Shown here piece after piece: positions 1 through 11,974 of a stretch of DNA of 64,000 bases. Each line of letters opens with the position of its first letter. Within the stretch, counting starts at the first letter, position 1. This DNA comes from the human T2T-CHM13v2.0 reference genome, Homo sapiens. A program made the position numbers and the translations under genes. The notes beneath the pieces are model-generated. The model worked only from the letters and a program-made list of their open reading frames with translations. It was not told the DNA's origin and searched no databases. The DNA is taken from NCBI RefSeq assembly GCF_009914755.1, contig NC_060933.1. The stretch is one strand, 5' to 3'.

Positions 1-156
1 GAAGTACCCCAAATTGTTCACACTGAAAACCCCGCCAGCTGCCTTCTGTGCTGTTACTTGGAGGGAGCTGCCCTGATCTCTAGAGGTGGCAGCGTGCTGG
101 GGAGAGCTGGCGAGACTCTCAGACTCCCACAGGAAGAGGAGAGGTCTGGACACTAA

Positions 157-843
<687 letters not shown>

Positions 844-994
844 TGAGACAAAGGTTTCAATGCAGAAACAAACTGCAGTTCTCAGGTCACAGGAAAACCC
901 TCGCTATTTCCCCTCCTTCCCCATTCCCCAAAGTCACGTTCATTTCCTTTGCAGGAGCTCACAGAAGTGAGATCCTCGCAAGCTCATTACCTAC

Positions 995-1096
995 CACGTC
1001 GTTTGGGAGGCTCTGGAGGTCATCGAAGGGGGTTTCCAGGGTGTTGGTGTCCACATTCAGGATCACGACATCATCCAGGGCCATGTTTCTGACTTT
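995..1096 (-). CDS. DENND1A: DENND1A internal coding exon (102 nt, phase 0 to 0): [34 protein letters not shown]
   Basis: The - strand reads ttttttctccttgcag|AAAGTCAGAAAC...AACGACGTG|gtaggt. It continues in frame from the 46-nt exon and encodes the typical end of the central DENN domain (VVILNVDTN...LP). Confidence 0.96.
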
Positions 1097-2414
1097 CTGC
1101 AAGGAGAAAAAAATCCACAAGAGAAGGTCATTGAGGTGCCATCAAGACACACTTCCCCTGCCTTCTCTGGGGAAGAGGCATAGAGAAGGAAAGTGACATT
1201 TGACAAAGTCTTACTCTGCAGCAGGCCCAATGGTAGGAGGTTCACATTTGTTAGCTCACTGAACTCTCATAAAATCTCTGTGAGCTTGCATGACTATCCC
1301 CAAGTCCCAGGAGTGAAAAGGGTTCACAGAGGCTCAGTAACATGCCCCAGGTCACATAGCCAGAAAGTAAGAGGAATCATTACACCCCATCATCATTTTT
1401 CCCCTATATATTTAACAGACGCTGAGGTCAAAAGCTCTGTCCCCAGGAATGCTGATATACGGCTGTGTTCTTATGATATCCCCATTCAATCCAGCCCCCT
1501 AATTTAACAAAGGCTACTTGCCCATCTCTCTTTTGGATCCTGTCATTCTTGGGTATGGAATATTGTGTGTGGCCTACTGTTAACACTTCCCTTAAACGCC
1601 AAGTAGGAAGGTCACACTTTCAATTTGGTTCCATTTTCCACAGATATCCAGTTAGTAATGGCTCAGAAGCTCTGGCCATAAGCCATTATTCTACTGGCAC
1701 AGTAATAGAAAAGATGAGGGAAACTCATGCCTACAAGGTTTTCATGCTTGGTGACAGGAGAAGGGATGAACGGACAATATGGAGAAAAAAAGAATCCTGC
1801 CCCCAATCTGGCAGCAATTCCCCATAGCCTATGTGAGTCCAAGACAGGGTGTAGCCTGAGTTTTAAATTTTTAATCACACTATTTATCCGCTACTAAGAT
1901 CCATCTTTGTGTTTCTCCTGCCTACTCTCCACTCCAGGTCCCATTCAATCCTCCTTCCCCATCACGTATCAAGCGTATTCCTTTTGAGTCAGAGGCATTA
2001 GAACTATTGTCTTTATTTTATTTTGCGTAGAAAGAGCCTATCATTTGCTGTCTAAACTGGGATACATTTGGATGTGAAAGACCTCATCTTACACCAGGGC
2101 AACAGGCACACGATGGGACCTGTGGTCACTGCATATAAAGGATCAATTCCATTACTGGTCAACCTCTGAGCATGCTGCATGTGGCTGCGCAGGTATGCAT
2201 TCCTCAGATGCCAACCACCTAAGCTAGGACTGAAATCTGCCAACTCACGTGCCTGCCGAGTGGCACCAGTCGGGGAATGGGGGCAGATGCCTTTTCCTAA
2301 TTCACCCCAGAGCATGGTGTAGGCTGGCAACAGAGGCAGACATCCAATGGCTGCTCAAGCTCCAGTTTCCAATGCCCTGGAAATGGACAAGTAGCATATA
2401 CTAGAAGCTTCCTA

Positions 2415-2530
2415 GCTCTTGCTCTGTGCTTTACTCACCTTATTTCATTTAATTCTTATCAACCCCTGTGAAGTGGATGTTATTGCCCTCAATGTTTGAA
2501 ACTTGAGGAAGATGAGGTTCAGAGTGCTGA
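2415..2530 (-). mobile_element. MIR fragment
   Basis: The - strand ctctgaacctcatcttcctca...cacttcacaggggttgataagaattaaatga resembles the MIR core. Confidence 0.65.
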
Positions 2531-3211
2531 GGTAAGAGGCAGAGGCAACCACAGGCCTGGCTGCCTCCCCAGGCCATGCTCTGTGTACTGCACCATCCAC
2601 CTCCTCATCGTCAGACACCCGCAGGGAGACTGACCTCCGCACAGCCCTTGTCACTCTGAGCCCCAGCACCTCTCTGCCTGCCTGCCTCCCCTGCTGGGGT
2701 GTGGGCTCCTTCAGGGGCTCATCTGTGGCTCACCACTGCAAAACAACCAGTCCCTGACAACATGACTGGCACCCGGTAAGTGTACACTAATACTGGTTGA
2801 CATTCACTCTCTTAAACCACAGCCTCTAGGGCAGAACATGGTACCTAAGTAAATATTTCAAGATTCTTCCCAGCAGGAGGGTGGAGCCACACTGGTCACA
2901 AGCCTCACTAGGATTGAAAAAACACTCCCAGGCAGCAGAATCCCGGAACCTTTCCACTTAACACCATCAGAGCCTCCAACTCCTTCTGCTATCCACTAAC
3001 TTCTCCACGCCTCTGGGGCTTGTCCATAAACCTATCCATCAATTCCTAAACATAGTTTACTAAGTGCTTACTATGGGCTGAGAACCACAGAGGAGGGACA
3101 CAATTGCCGATGTAGGAGTTTATTCTTTCCTCCAAACCCCAACACCCATTATTACCTGCTGCCTTATTTATAGGGTAAAAAGATATCAGCGAATGGACAA
3201 CTTTGATTGTA

Positions 3212-3283
3212 TTAGGTTAGTGCAAAAGTAATTGCAGTTTTTACCAAAGTAATGGCAAAGAATGTACTTTTGCACCAACCTAA
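3212..3283. mobile_element. MADE1 MITE (Hsmar1-derived palindromic element)
   Basis: ttaggttagtgcaaaagtaattgcagttttt...tacttttgcaccaacctaa gives mariner TIRs, with a TA on the left side (3210-3211). Confidence 0.9.
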
Positions 3284-4775
3284 TGATACAAAAAACGAGT
3301 TCATATTTTACAGCGCTTTTGTTATATGAAGCACAATCTCCATTTTACACATGAGAATGCTGAGATTCACAGGGGATTGTCCAGGACTCTCTAGCTGGCT
3401 CACTCTGCAACCCAACAGGTTAAATGCCCAGCAGTGTGCTAGCAGGAAGGTACAAAAACAGCATCAATGGCCCTCTTTTTCACTGATGTCACACTTCAGG
3501 CTCACACAGCACTGCCACACAGATGCCTTCATTCCATCAATGGGGCTGGAGGTGAGATACCATTATCCCCATTTCAGAGATGAGTAACTGAGGCTCCAAG
3601 AAGTAGCTTGCCCAAGGTTATGTGTCTATTAAATGGCTGCGTCTGTAAAATTAAAATGCTAACTGTGGCCACCCTGCTTCTCTCACTCCCCCTAGGGCTG
3701 CTGTGATGAGAGCAAACACACCCACAATGCTGGCCACACAGTAGGATGTAATAAATCGTGGCTATTATTACTACTTTTTAATACACACAATAGCCACAGC
3801 CAGTCTGGAAGGCTGTAGTGGCAATGGCCCGAGGGCAAAAATCCTTGGGGCCCCTTCTTGCTTGGTCTCTCACTTCAAAGGCTATGCACAGTCAGTCACA
3901 GGAAACAGAATCAGAGAAGGACTCACAACATCCTGGAGGACGTGATGCCTCCAGGACACAACAGAGGACCGTGCACCCCAGAATCAACTACTTTGCCTCA
4001 TCTGACCTTCCAAATAGTCCCAAACAGAAGGGAGCAGGAGATGATGGCCATTGGAGAGAAGCCTCCAGGGCTGAATGGCCCCATGAATGGGATGTTGATT
4101 CTGGACCAGAATCAGGCCTTGTTTCTGTGCTCCCATTGGGCCCCAGTGGCACAGACCAGCCCTTGTAGGCTCTCCACGGCTGGGCTGGAATAGGCTTTTG
4201 ATTTCTTCCCACTCCTGGCTGGAGGACTTGCCGGTTAAGCTCTGTGGAGTGTTTACTTTTTCAACAATGGCAGCAGGCTGAAGAATAGGAAAAAACCTGG
4301 CCCCTTTTTCTAACTTAGCAGGCCAGGGTCCCCTTAGTAACCAAAATGCCCCGAGCACCAGGCTCCAGGCAGGAGCTGGGACGGCACAGTTTCCTCTTGA
4401 AGGACAATGCTGCCCTCCTGGTGGCAAGGCCTCTTCCAAAAGGGCTGGCGTGGACTCAAGGGCCTTCCTGAAGCTCACTGTTCCCAAGGAAAGAATTGGA
4501 GCCCAGCTCGCTGGACAGTGCCCGGTCCCCCAAAGGATCAAGGCAACTAGGGGAATGAAGAAAGGCAAGAAAAACTCAAACTGGGGGTGGGGACAGGAAG
4601 CGCGGATGAGAAGAAAGCCAGACCGTCGCCAGGTGCCGGTGCCTCTCATCTTAACCATGCCATCAGTCAGGGACACTAGCATCTCTGCATGGGAACCAAG
4701 TGGGGGCGCAGAGAGGTCAAACAAGCTGCCCAAAGTCAGAGCTAGGAAGCAGCAGTCAACTTTTGAACACAGTCT

Positions 4776-5658
4776 TATTGCGGGATCTGGCCAGCAGCCC
4801 GCAATGCAACGGGGCTCTCTCTTTGTTCCCAGGTGGATCGGCAGGTTGAGAAATAATAGACACACACGAGATAGTGAAAGCTGGGTCCAGGGGGGTCACC
4901 AGCTTCTGGTCCTGCGGTGCCAACAATGCACTGGATATACCAGCATTTATTATTAAGTTTAGTGAAGGCGGGGGTAGGTTAGTGAGGGATTTAGGGTCAT
5001 TTGATTATGCGGTGAGATGGTCACATGGGGATGAAGTAATTCTTTAACATAGCATTTGTATGTAGAAGTACAGAGCATAACTGAGTGGCTCAGTATATAG
5101 AGTACACAGAGATAAGAATTTACAATATAGTGTGTGCGTCAGTAATTTCTAACAGAGCCTTAAAACAGAAACACAATCTTTCCGTAACCTATGATTAGCA
5201 AGCTATTAATCAGCAGTAACAATTGCAACAAAAGCTGGTTACAAACAATCCATGGAAACAGGACGTGAAGCTAGACAACCAGTTAGACCAGAAATTCTCA
5301 GAAGGGAGTATGCCCTAACCCTAAAGAGGCCTAGAAGAGCCGTGGCAAGATGAGGGCATTTATAGCCCTATCTTATCCATATGGACAGGCGTCCCCCCAT
5401 GCGTCCGTTTATAGGCTCTCCACAAGGGTCGTATTCCATTCCCAGAGCTATGAACATCTTGGTGATGTGAAACCTCCCTGACTGCACGTCCATTCATAGG
5501 TTCTCTGCATGGGGAAGCACATCACACACTGTTGGCTCATTTTGGCAGTCCAACCTGGCATTGTCTTTACACAATCCTGCATGCAATTTTGTATTTACAA
5601 TAATCAGGAGCATTTCATCTTTTATTCTGTAGCAATAGTTTCAGGGGGTCTCCCTAAA
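4776..5658 (-). mobile_element. ERVK-class solo LTR (most like MER11D/HML-7), ~880 bp, same orientation as the host gene
   Basis: 6-bp TSD CAGTCT at 4770-4775 and 5659-5664. The - strand starts TTTAGGGAGACCCCCTGAAACTATTGCTAC and ends GGCCAGATCCCGCAATA. It has - strand TATAAA (5359-5364) and AATAAA (4946-4951). The family name is from memory and is less certain than the LTR call. Confidence 0.8.
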
Positions 5659-5821
5659 CAGTCTGACCCCAAAGCTGACTTTCTTCTGAAGATACCCCTA
5701 ATCCGATCGCTCAGACATCAGAATGAGTACCTAACTGTTCAGGACACACAGTTATATCAACATGCTCAGAGACTGCTTTCTCTTACATAAAATACTACTT
5801 TCCTTTTTATCATAAAAAATA

Positions 5822-6130
<309 letters not shown>

Positions 6131-6134
6131 ATTA

Positions 6135-6459
<325 letters not shown>

Positions 6460-6584
6460 GGGGGGGGGGGAAGAGAAAAGTTTAAAGAAGAAAATTACAG
6501 TTATCCCAGTCCCTCCATTTGGAGACAATGTTTTGGTCTATTTCCTTCCATATTCTCCCTTCCTACGTGTTAAAGCAAAGTTGA

Positions 6585-6891
<307 letters not shown>

Positions 6892-8194
6892 AGTTGAAAT
6901 AATTCTTAACACTTCTGATTTTCTCACTGATTCTGATATAAGCAGTGATCCACTTAATTAAGAACTTTGCGTGGATCATTACTAACTGCGACAGAGTGCC
7001 CTACTACATGGAAACAAACTCAACCAAGCCCCTTTTGTGGGATGTTATTTCCAGTTTTGAAGAAATTACTGTATATAATATCGTCATGAAATCTGTAGGC
7101 ATAAAGCTTTGTGCTTTAGGATGCATTCCTAGAAGTGGAATTTAGTTTCCACTTCTTAAAAAGTGTCCCTCTCAAATTCGACTTTGAGAGAGATATCTTT
7201 ACTTCCAATTATTTTAAAGTCATTTTATCCACAGCTTGTGTTTCCTACTATAAGTGAAGAAAAATCAGCAAAGACATGAGCAGATGTCAAAATAGTCCTC
7301 CAAAAACCCTACCCAATTAAAACACTTACTAGTACTGCGGCACACCGAGACAGCTCTCCGGTAGCTTGTCCCACCAACACATTCCCTCTCTTTTTAGTTA
7401 CAGCATATGCCAAAGCTCCTGCCAGCTGCAAACCCTTCCCCCCACCAGACTCTATAGGCTTTTTCTCAGAATGAAAAAAAAAAAAAAAAAAAAAAAAAAC
7501 TGACATGCACACTGGCTTTCCAAATGGCATTTCTTACATAGAGAAACACACACACAAAATGGCACTTTCCCATATATATTGTTAATGAAGAATGTCTTCC
7601 TCTTTCTGCTTTGTCACAGACAGTCTGAACTTGACCCCTGCCTTTCAGGCCAGGGAAGGGAAAACCCGTAGTATGGGGAGTGGTCAGGGGCAGCTGAGAG
7701 GACACCAGCTCTAGTATTTCACCTCTGGCTTGTCCCCGACCAGGGGGCTTACTGTAGGCAACTGGCTTGACTGCATAAATCCTCCAGGTTTTCATCTGTA
7801 GAATGGAGATCATAACACCACCTATCTCACAGAGTTGTGTGAGGCTTTGATAAGCTAATGTATGTAAAAGATTCAGCATAATTCCCAGAATAGCCCTAAC
7901 AGGCACTCATCAGTTCTCTTGCCTGCCCGTCCCCTCTCCTTGGATGGTTCCTAGACCTCAGCCATGCCTGGCTAGAGAGACTGAGGCAGCGGCAAGCCTC
8001 CCATGACCTGTGCTCCCCTAAGGTTTATCTGCACAATTAGAATAACACGTTGACTGTGACTTACTTAGGTAGGTATCTGATTCCTTCCCTAGTCTACAGG
8101 CTTTTGGGGGTTGGGAATCAGATTTCTCTACTCTCAGCTCCTACTCCAATATTTGCCCAAGAGCAGACAATTCGTGAATGAATGAATGAGAGGC

Positions 8195-8440
8195 AGCAGA
8201 GCCCAGAGGTGAAGAACATAGATCCAAAGCCAGTCTGGGTTCTAATTAATCTCTACCATCCACCAGCTGTGCCAACTTGGGTATGTCACTTAATCTTTCT
8301 GTGCCTCAGTTTCCTCCTTGATAAATGGGGGATGATAACCGTACCTACCTCACAGATTTGTGAGGATTCAATGGGTTAATATTTTAAAGTACTTGGAGTA
8401 GTGCCTGGCACATGGGAAGTGCAAGATAAGTGTTTGTTAA
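8195..8440 (+). mobile_element. Near full-length MIR
   Basis: ctgtgcctcagtttcctc...gtacctacctcacag...gtgcctggcacat matches the MIR consensus. Confidence 0.85.
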
Positions 8441-8454
8441 ATAAAAACAAATGA

Positions 8455-8650
8455 TCTTTTGTGGGTGATGAAAATATTCTGTATCTTTATTGTGGTGGTT
8501 TCATGATCGTATAAAACTGTCAAAATGCATTGAACCATATACTTTAAATGGATGGGTTGTGATAAATATACCCCAATGAAGGTATTCATTGAACCATATA
8601 CTTTAAGTGGATGGGTTGTGATCAGTTATACCTCAATGAAGTTGATAAAC
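8455..8650 (+). mobile_element. Old L1 (L1M/L1ME) 3' end fragment containing a tandem duplication
   Basis: ggtgatgaaaatattctgtatctttattgtggtggt...gtcaaaa..cattgaac..tatactttaaatgg is typical of L1M 3' termini. Confidence 0.65.
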
Positions 8651-9754
8651 ATATTAGCACTCTCTCCAGAACACAGAATAAAATCATAGCCAACCATACA
8701 AGGTAAGAGTGTGCGAACAATGGTGAATGAATGCCACGCTACAAGGTGACTCTCCCCAGGGCCACCACCCAGTGTACATTCTGATCTGTGGCTGTGTTTG
8801 GCTCCCTGTCCCCTAACTTTTTCATCTAGTCCAGGATTTTTAACTTTTTCAATTCAAGCCCTCTTAGGATAAATATAAAAAGCCAATGTCCCTAGAGATT
8901 CTGATAGACTTCCCTATACAAAGGAGGGGGTCTGTTTGATAAACACTCTATCTTTGGTGTCTTTTCTGTAGCCAAGATGGTATTGAGCCTTACTTTCTAG
9001 AGTTGGTTGTATGAAAACAATGGGATTTCCTCCCTAAAATATAAAATAATATCAGCTACACTAATTAAAACCACACCAGCTGCCCACACAGATTGGTGCG
9101 GGGGAGTGTCCTACCTGTCCAAGGAGGGAATTGGGCAGCTAGTGACAAAAGGTAGTACTTAAAAGCAAGCCACAAGATGAAAGGCAAGGGTGTGCACTGG
9201 CAATGTCAGCCGGGGGATCTGAAGAGTGGCCAGGAGCATGCAGCACTCAGCCGGGTTGGGAGCGTGGGGCTGGACATTGAGGAGCAGGGGCTCAGTTCTG
9301 CCTCTGCTCGTCCAACAGCTGTGCAGCAAGACAGGACACCCTCTCTAGGATGGAGGTTGTGTGGTTCAGGGAGGTGACATGCATAGAGTAAACAGGCCAG
9401 CACTGAGTGAATCTTTTCTGCTGTCCTCAGACCAGGACCATCTCCAGGGCAGAGCTGTGTCTTATTTGTCTCCAGTGTCCAGCACAGTGCCTGACACAAG
9501 GCAAGTGCTCATTAACTGGGGAATGAGAAACGACTGTGGCTAGATCCACTCTACTGGGAGGTCTGCCTGGCAGCAGATGTCAATGTAAGCCCGAATGGAC
9601 AATGTCAGCTCAACGAAAGCAAATCGGAGTTTGCTCAAGGAAGTGCAATGGGAATAATAATAATAACGATGGCAATGATAACAATCATGTAAAATTAGCA
9701 TGATTAATTAGTGTAGAATTAATTCACAGTGGACACAGAAAGCCAGATAGGAGT

Positions 9755-9985
9755 TAACACAGCGATTAAGACTGTGGGTCTGGAACAAGACAGCCAGATT
9801 CAAGCCCTGCTTCTGTACTGTGTAAACATCAGCAAGTTCTTTACTTCTGAGCCTCAGTGTTCTTATCAATAAAATAGGGATAATACTGCACAGCTGTGTT
9901 GCGAGGATTTAGTGAGATACTAGGTATGAAGATTTTAACACAATGTCTGATTGCAATTAGTGATCAATAAATGTGGGGCTATTAA
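9755..9985 (+). mobile_element. MIR
   Basis: ctgagcctcagtgttcttatc..taaaatagggataata...gaggatttagtgaga resembles the MIR core and tail. Confidence 0.7.
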
Positions 9986-10174
9986 AGGCAAGTTTCTATC
10001 CTTGCAATTTGCAAGTTATGTCAATAAAATGGATTAGAGTTCTAAGACTAAGGAATTAAACAGCTGATTTTCAGAACAAAGGAAAATGCGAATAAGTCTC
10101 TATTATTATACTCTCATGCTATTAAAAATTAAACTACCACCAAGCGATTGTTCTTTTCTTGGCTATGTCTCATA

Positions 10175-10808
10175 TAAAAGTGCATTCTCTGGAGCCAGAC
10201 TGCCTGAGTCTGAATCCTAACTCTGCCAATTAAAACTGTGCTACCTTGGGCAAATTATTTAGACTTCCTGTGCCTCAGTTTCCCTATCTGTATAATGAGA
10301 TAAAAACAGCACTGACATCCAGGACAGTGGTCATCCTTGGGCTGGGGGGAAACTGACTAGAATAGGGTACAAGAGGAGTTTCTGGGGGGCTGGTAATATT
10401 TTGTTTCAATATCTGGGTGGTGGTTACATGTATATGTCCACCTTGTAAAAACTCAGCTAGCTGTACATTTAGTGGGTTTCTGTGTTGGTTTGGATTTATT
10501 TTATTTTATTTTGAGAGATGAGGTCTTGCTGTGTTGTCCAGGCTGGACTTGAACTCCTGGGCTCAAGTGATCCTCCCGCCTCAGCCTCCTGAGCAGCTGG
10601 CACTCCAGGTGCATGCCACTGTGCCCAGCTTTAACTGTACATTTAGGATGGGTGCATCTTTCCCTCACACTTCAAGAAAATGTTTACCACACACACAAAA
10701 AAATACGGACTTCACCAGGTTATTTTGGCAATTAAATGAGTTAATATATGTGTAATACCTAGGATAGTGTCTGGTGTATCAGAAGCACTAGGTATTAGTT
10801 ATTATTAT
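10175..10808. mobile_element. Nested cluster: MIR (+) split by an L1M 3' fragment (+), which is itself split by a FLAM Alu monomer (-, 10495-10630)
   Basis: MIR 5' half at ~10175-10322 resumes at ~10705-10808. L1M-like ggggggctggtaatattttgtttc..atctgggtggtggttacatg lies between, with a single-arm Alu inside it. Confidence 0.7.
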
Positions 10809-11597
10809 AAAAAATCAAGATAGCAATAATTCTATAATAGAAGTGACTCAATTGAGATTCTATTTCACTGTTAGAAAATGTGTTTGTGAAGGCAGACAGC
10901 TCCAGGACACACACTGCTTCTCAGTCTGCACTGCCTCCCTCCAGGGAAGGGCAAAGCTGCAACATTGTTGGGGTCCTTCTGAGACGTCTTTGCAGTCCTG
11001 AGGAGGAGCAGGAGTCAGGTAGATTGGGCTTGGGATTTTATCTTCCTCAATTCCTAGTTACAGGACCAAGGGTAAATGATTTAATCCTAGCTGAACCTCA
11101 ATTTCTTTATCCATAAAATGGGTCTATAACAACTTGTTACATAGGGTTGTGAGAGGATTAAGTAAAAAATTCTCTTCTGGGTGACGCCTAAAGCCAGTAA
11201 GCATCATCTACTCTCATGGCCAAGACAGCACCCAAGGCAGCACCTCTGAGAGCAGTAATGGGACCTCCAAGCAAAGGGGAAGGGTCTAGGCTGGCTTCCT
11301 GCAAAGACACTTTGCTCTGAGAGGGCACAGTGTCATGTGTTATTATCATGCCCACAACATGCTTTGCATTTGTTCAAACTAAGTCTAAGTTGATCCCTCT
11401 GTGAGAGGGGCACACTTGATGTGGCTCCTGACATTATACTATATGTCCCCTGTAAGTATGACTTCTTGGGAGCTTTTCTTTTTCTTTTTTTTAAAGGGAG
11501 AGAATATGGCTAAAATTAAACCAAAAATTACATCTTAGTAGCTTGTTAATCAAAATTTTATTCTAAATGACTGTTGCTGGGTTCCAAGCAGGTGCCT

Positions 11598-11974
11598 TGA
11601 TACAGTGTGGCTCTGTGTTCCCACCCAGATCTCACGCCCTCTTGTAATTCCCAGTGTTGGAGGAGGGGCCTGGTGGGAGGTGACTGGATCGTGGGGGCTA
11701 ATTTCCCCCTTGCTGTTCTTGTGATGGTGAGTGAGTTCTCCCAAGATCTGGTTGTTTGAAAGTGTGTAGCATTCCCCTCTCTCTCTCTTTCTCCTGCTGG
11801 CCATGTGGGATGTGCCAGCTTCCCCCATCGCCTTCTACCATGATTGCAAGTTTCCTGGGGCCTCCCCAGCCATGCTTCCTGTACAGCCTGCAGAACCCTG
11901 AGCCAATTAAACCTCTTTATAAATTGCCCAGTCTCAAGTAGTTCTTTATAGTCGTGTGAGAATGGACTAATACA
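11598..11974 (+). mobile_element. MaLR solo LTR (THE1D/MSTA-like), antisense to the host gene
   Basis: Termini TGATAC...GGACTAATACA, 5-bp TSD TGCCT (11593-11597 and 11975-11979), and the characteristic gagccaattaaacctcttt motif. Confidence 0.92.
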
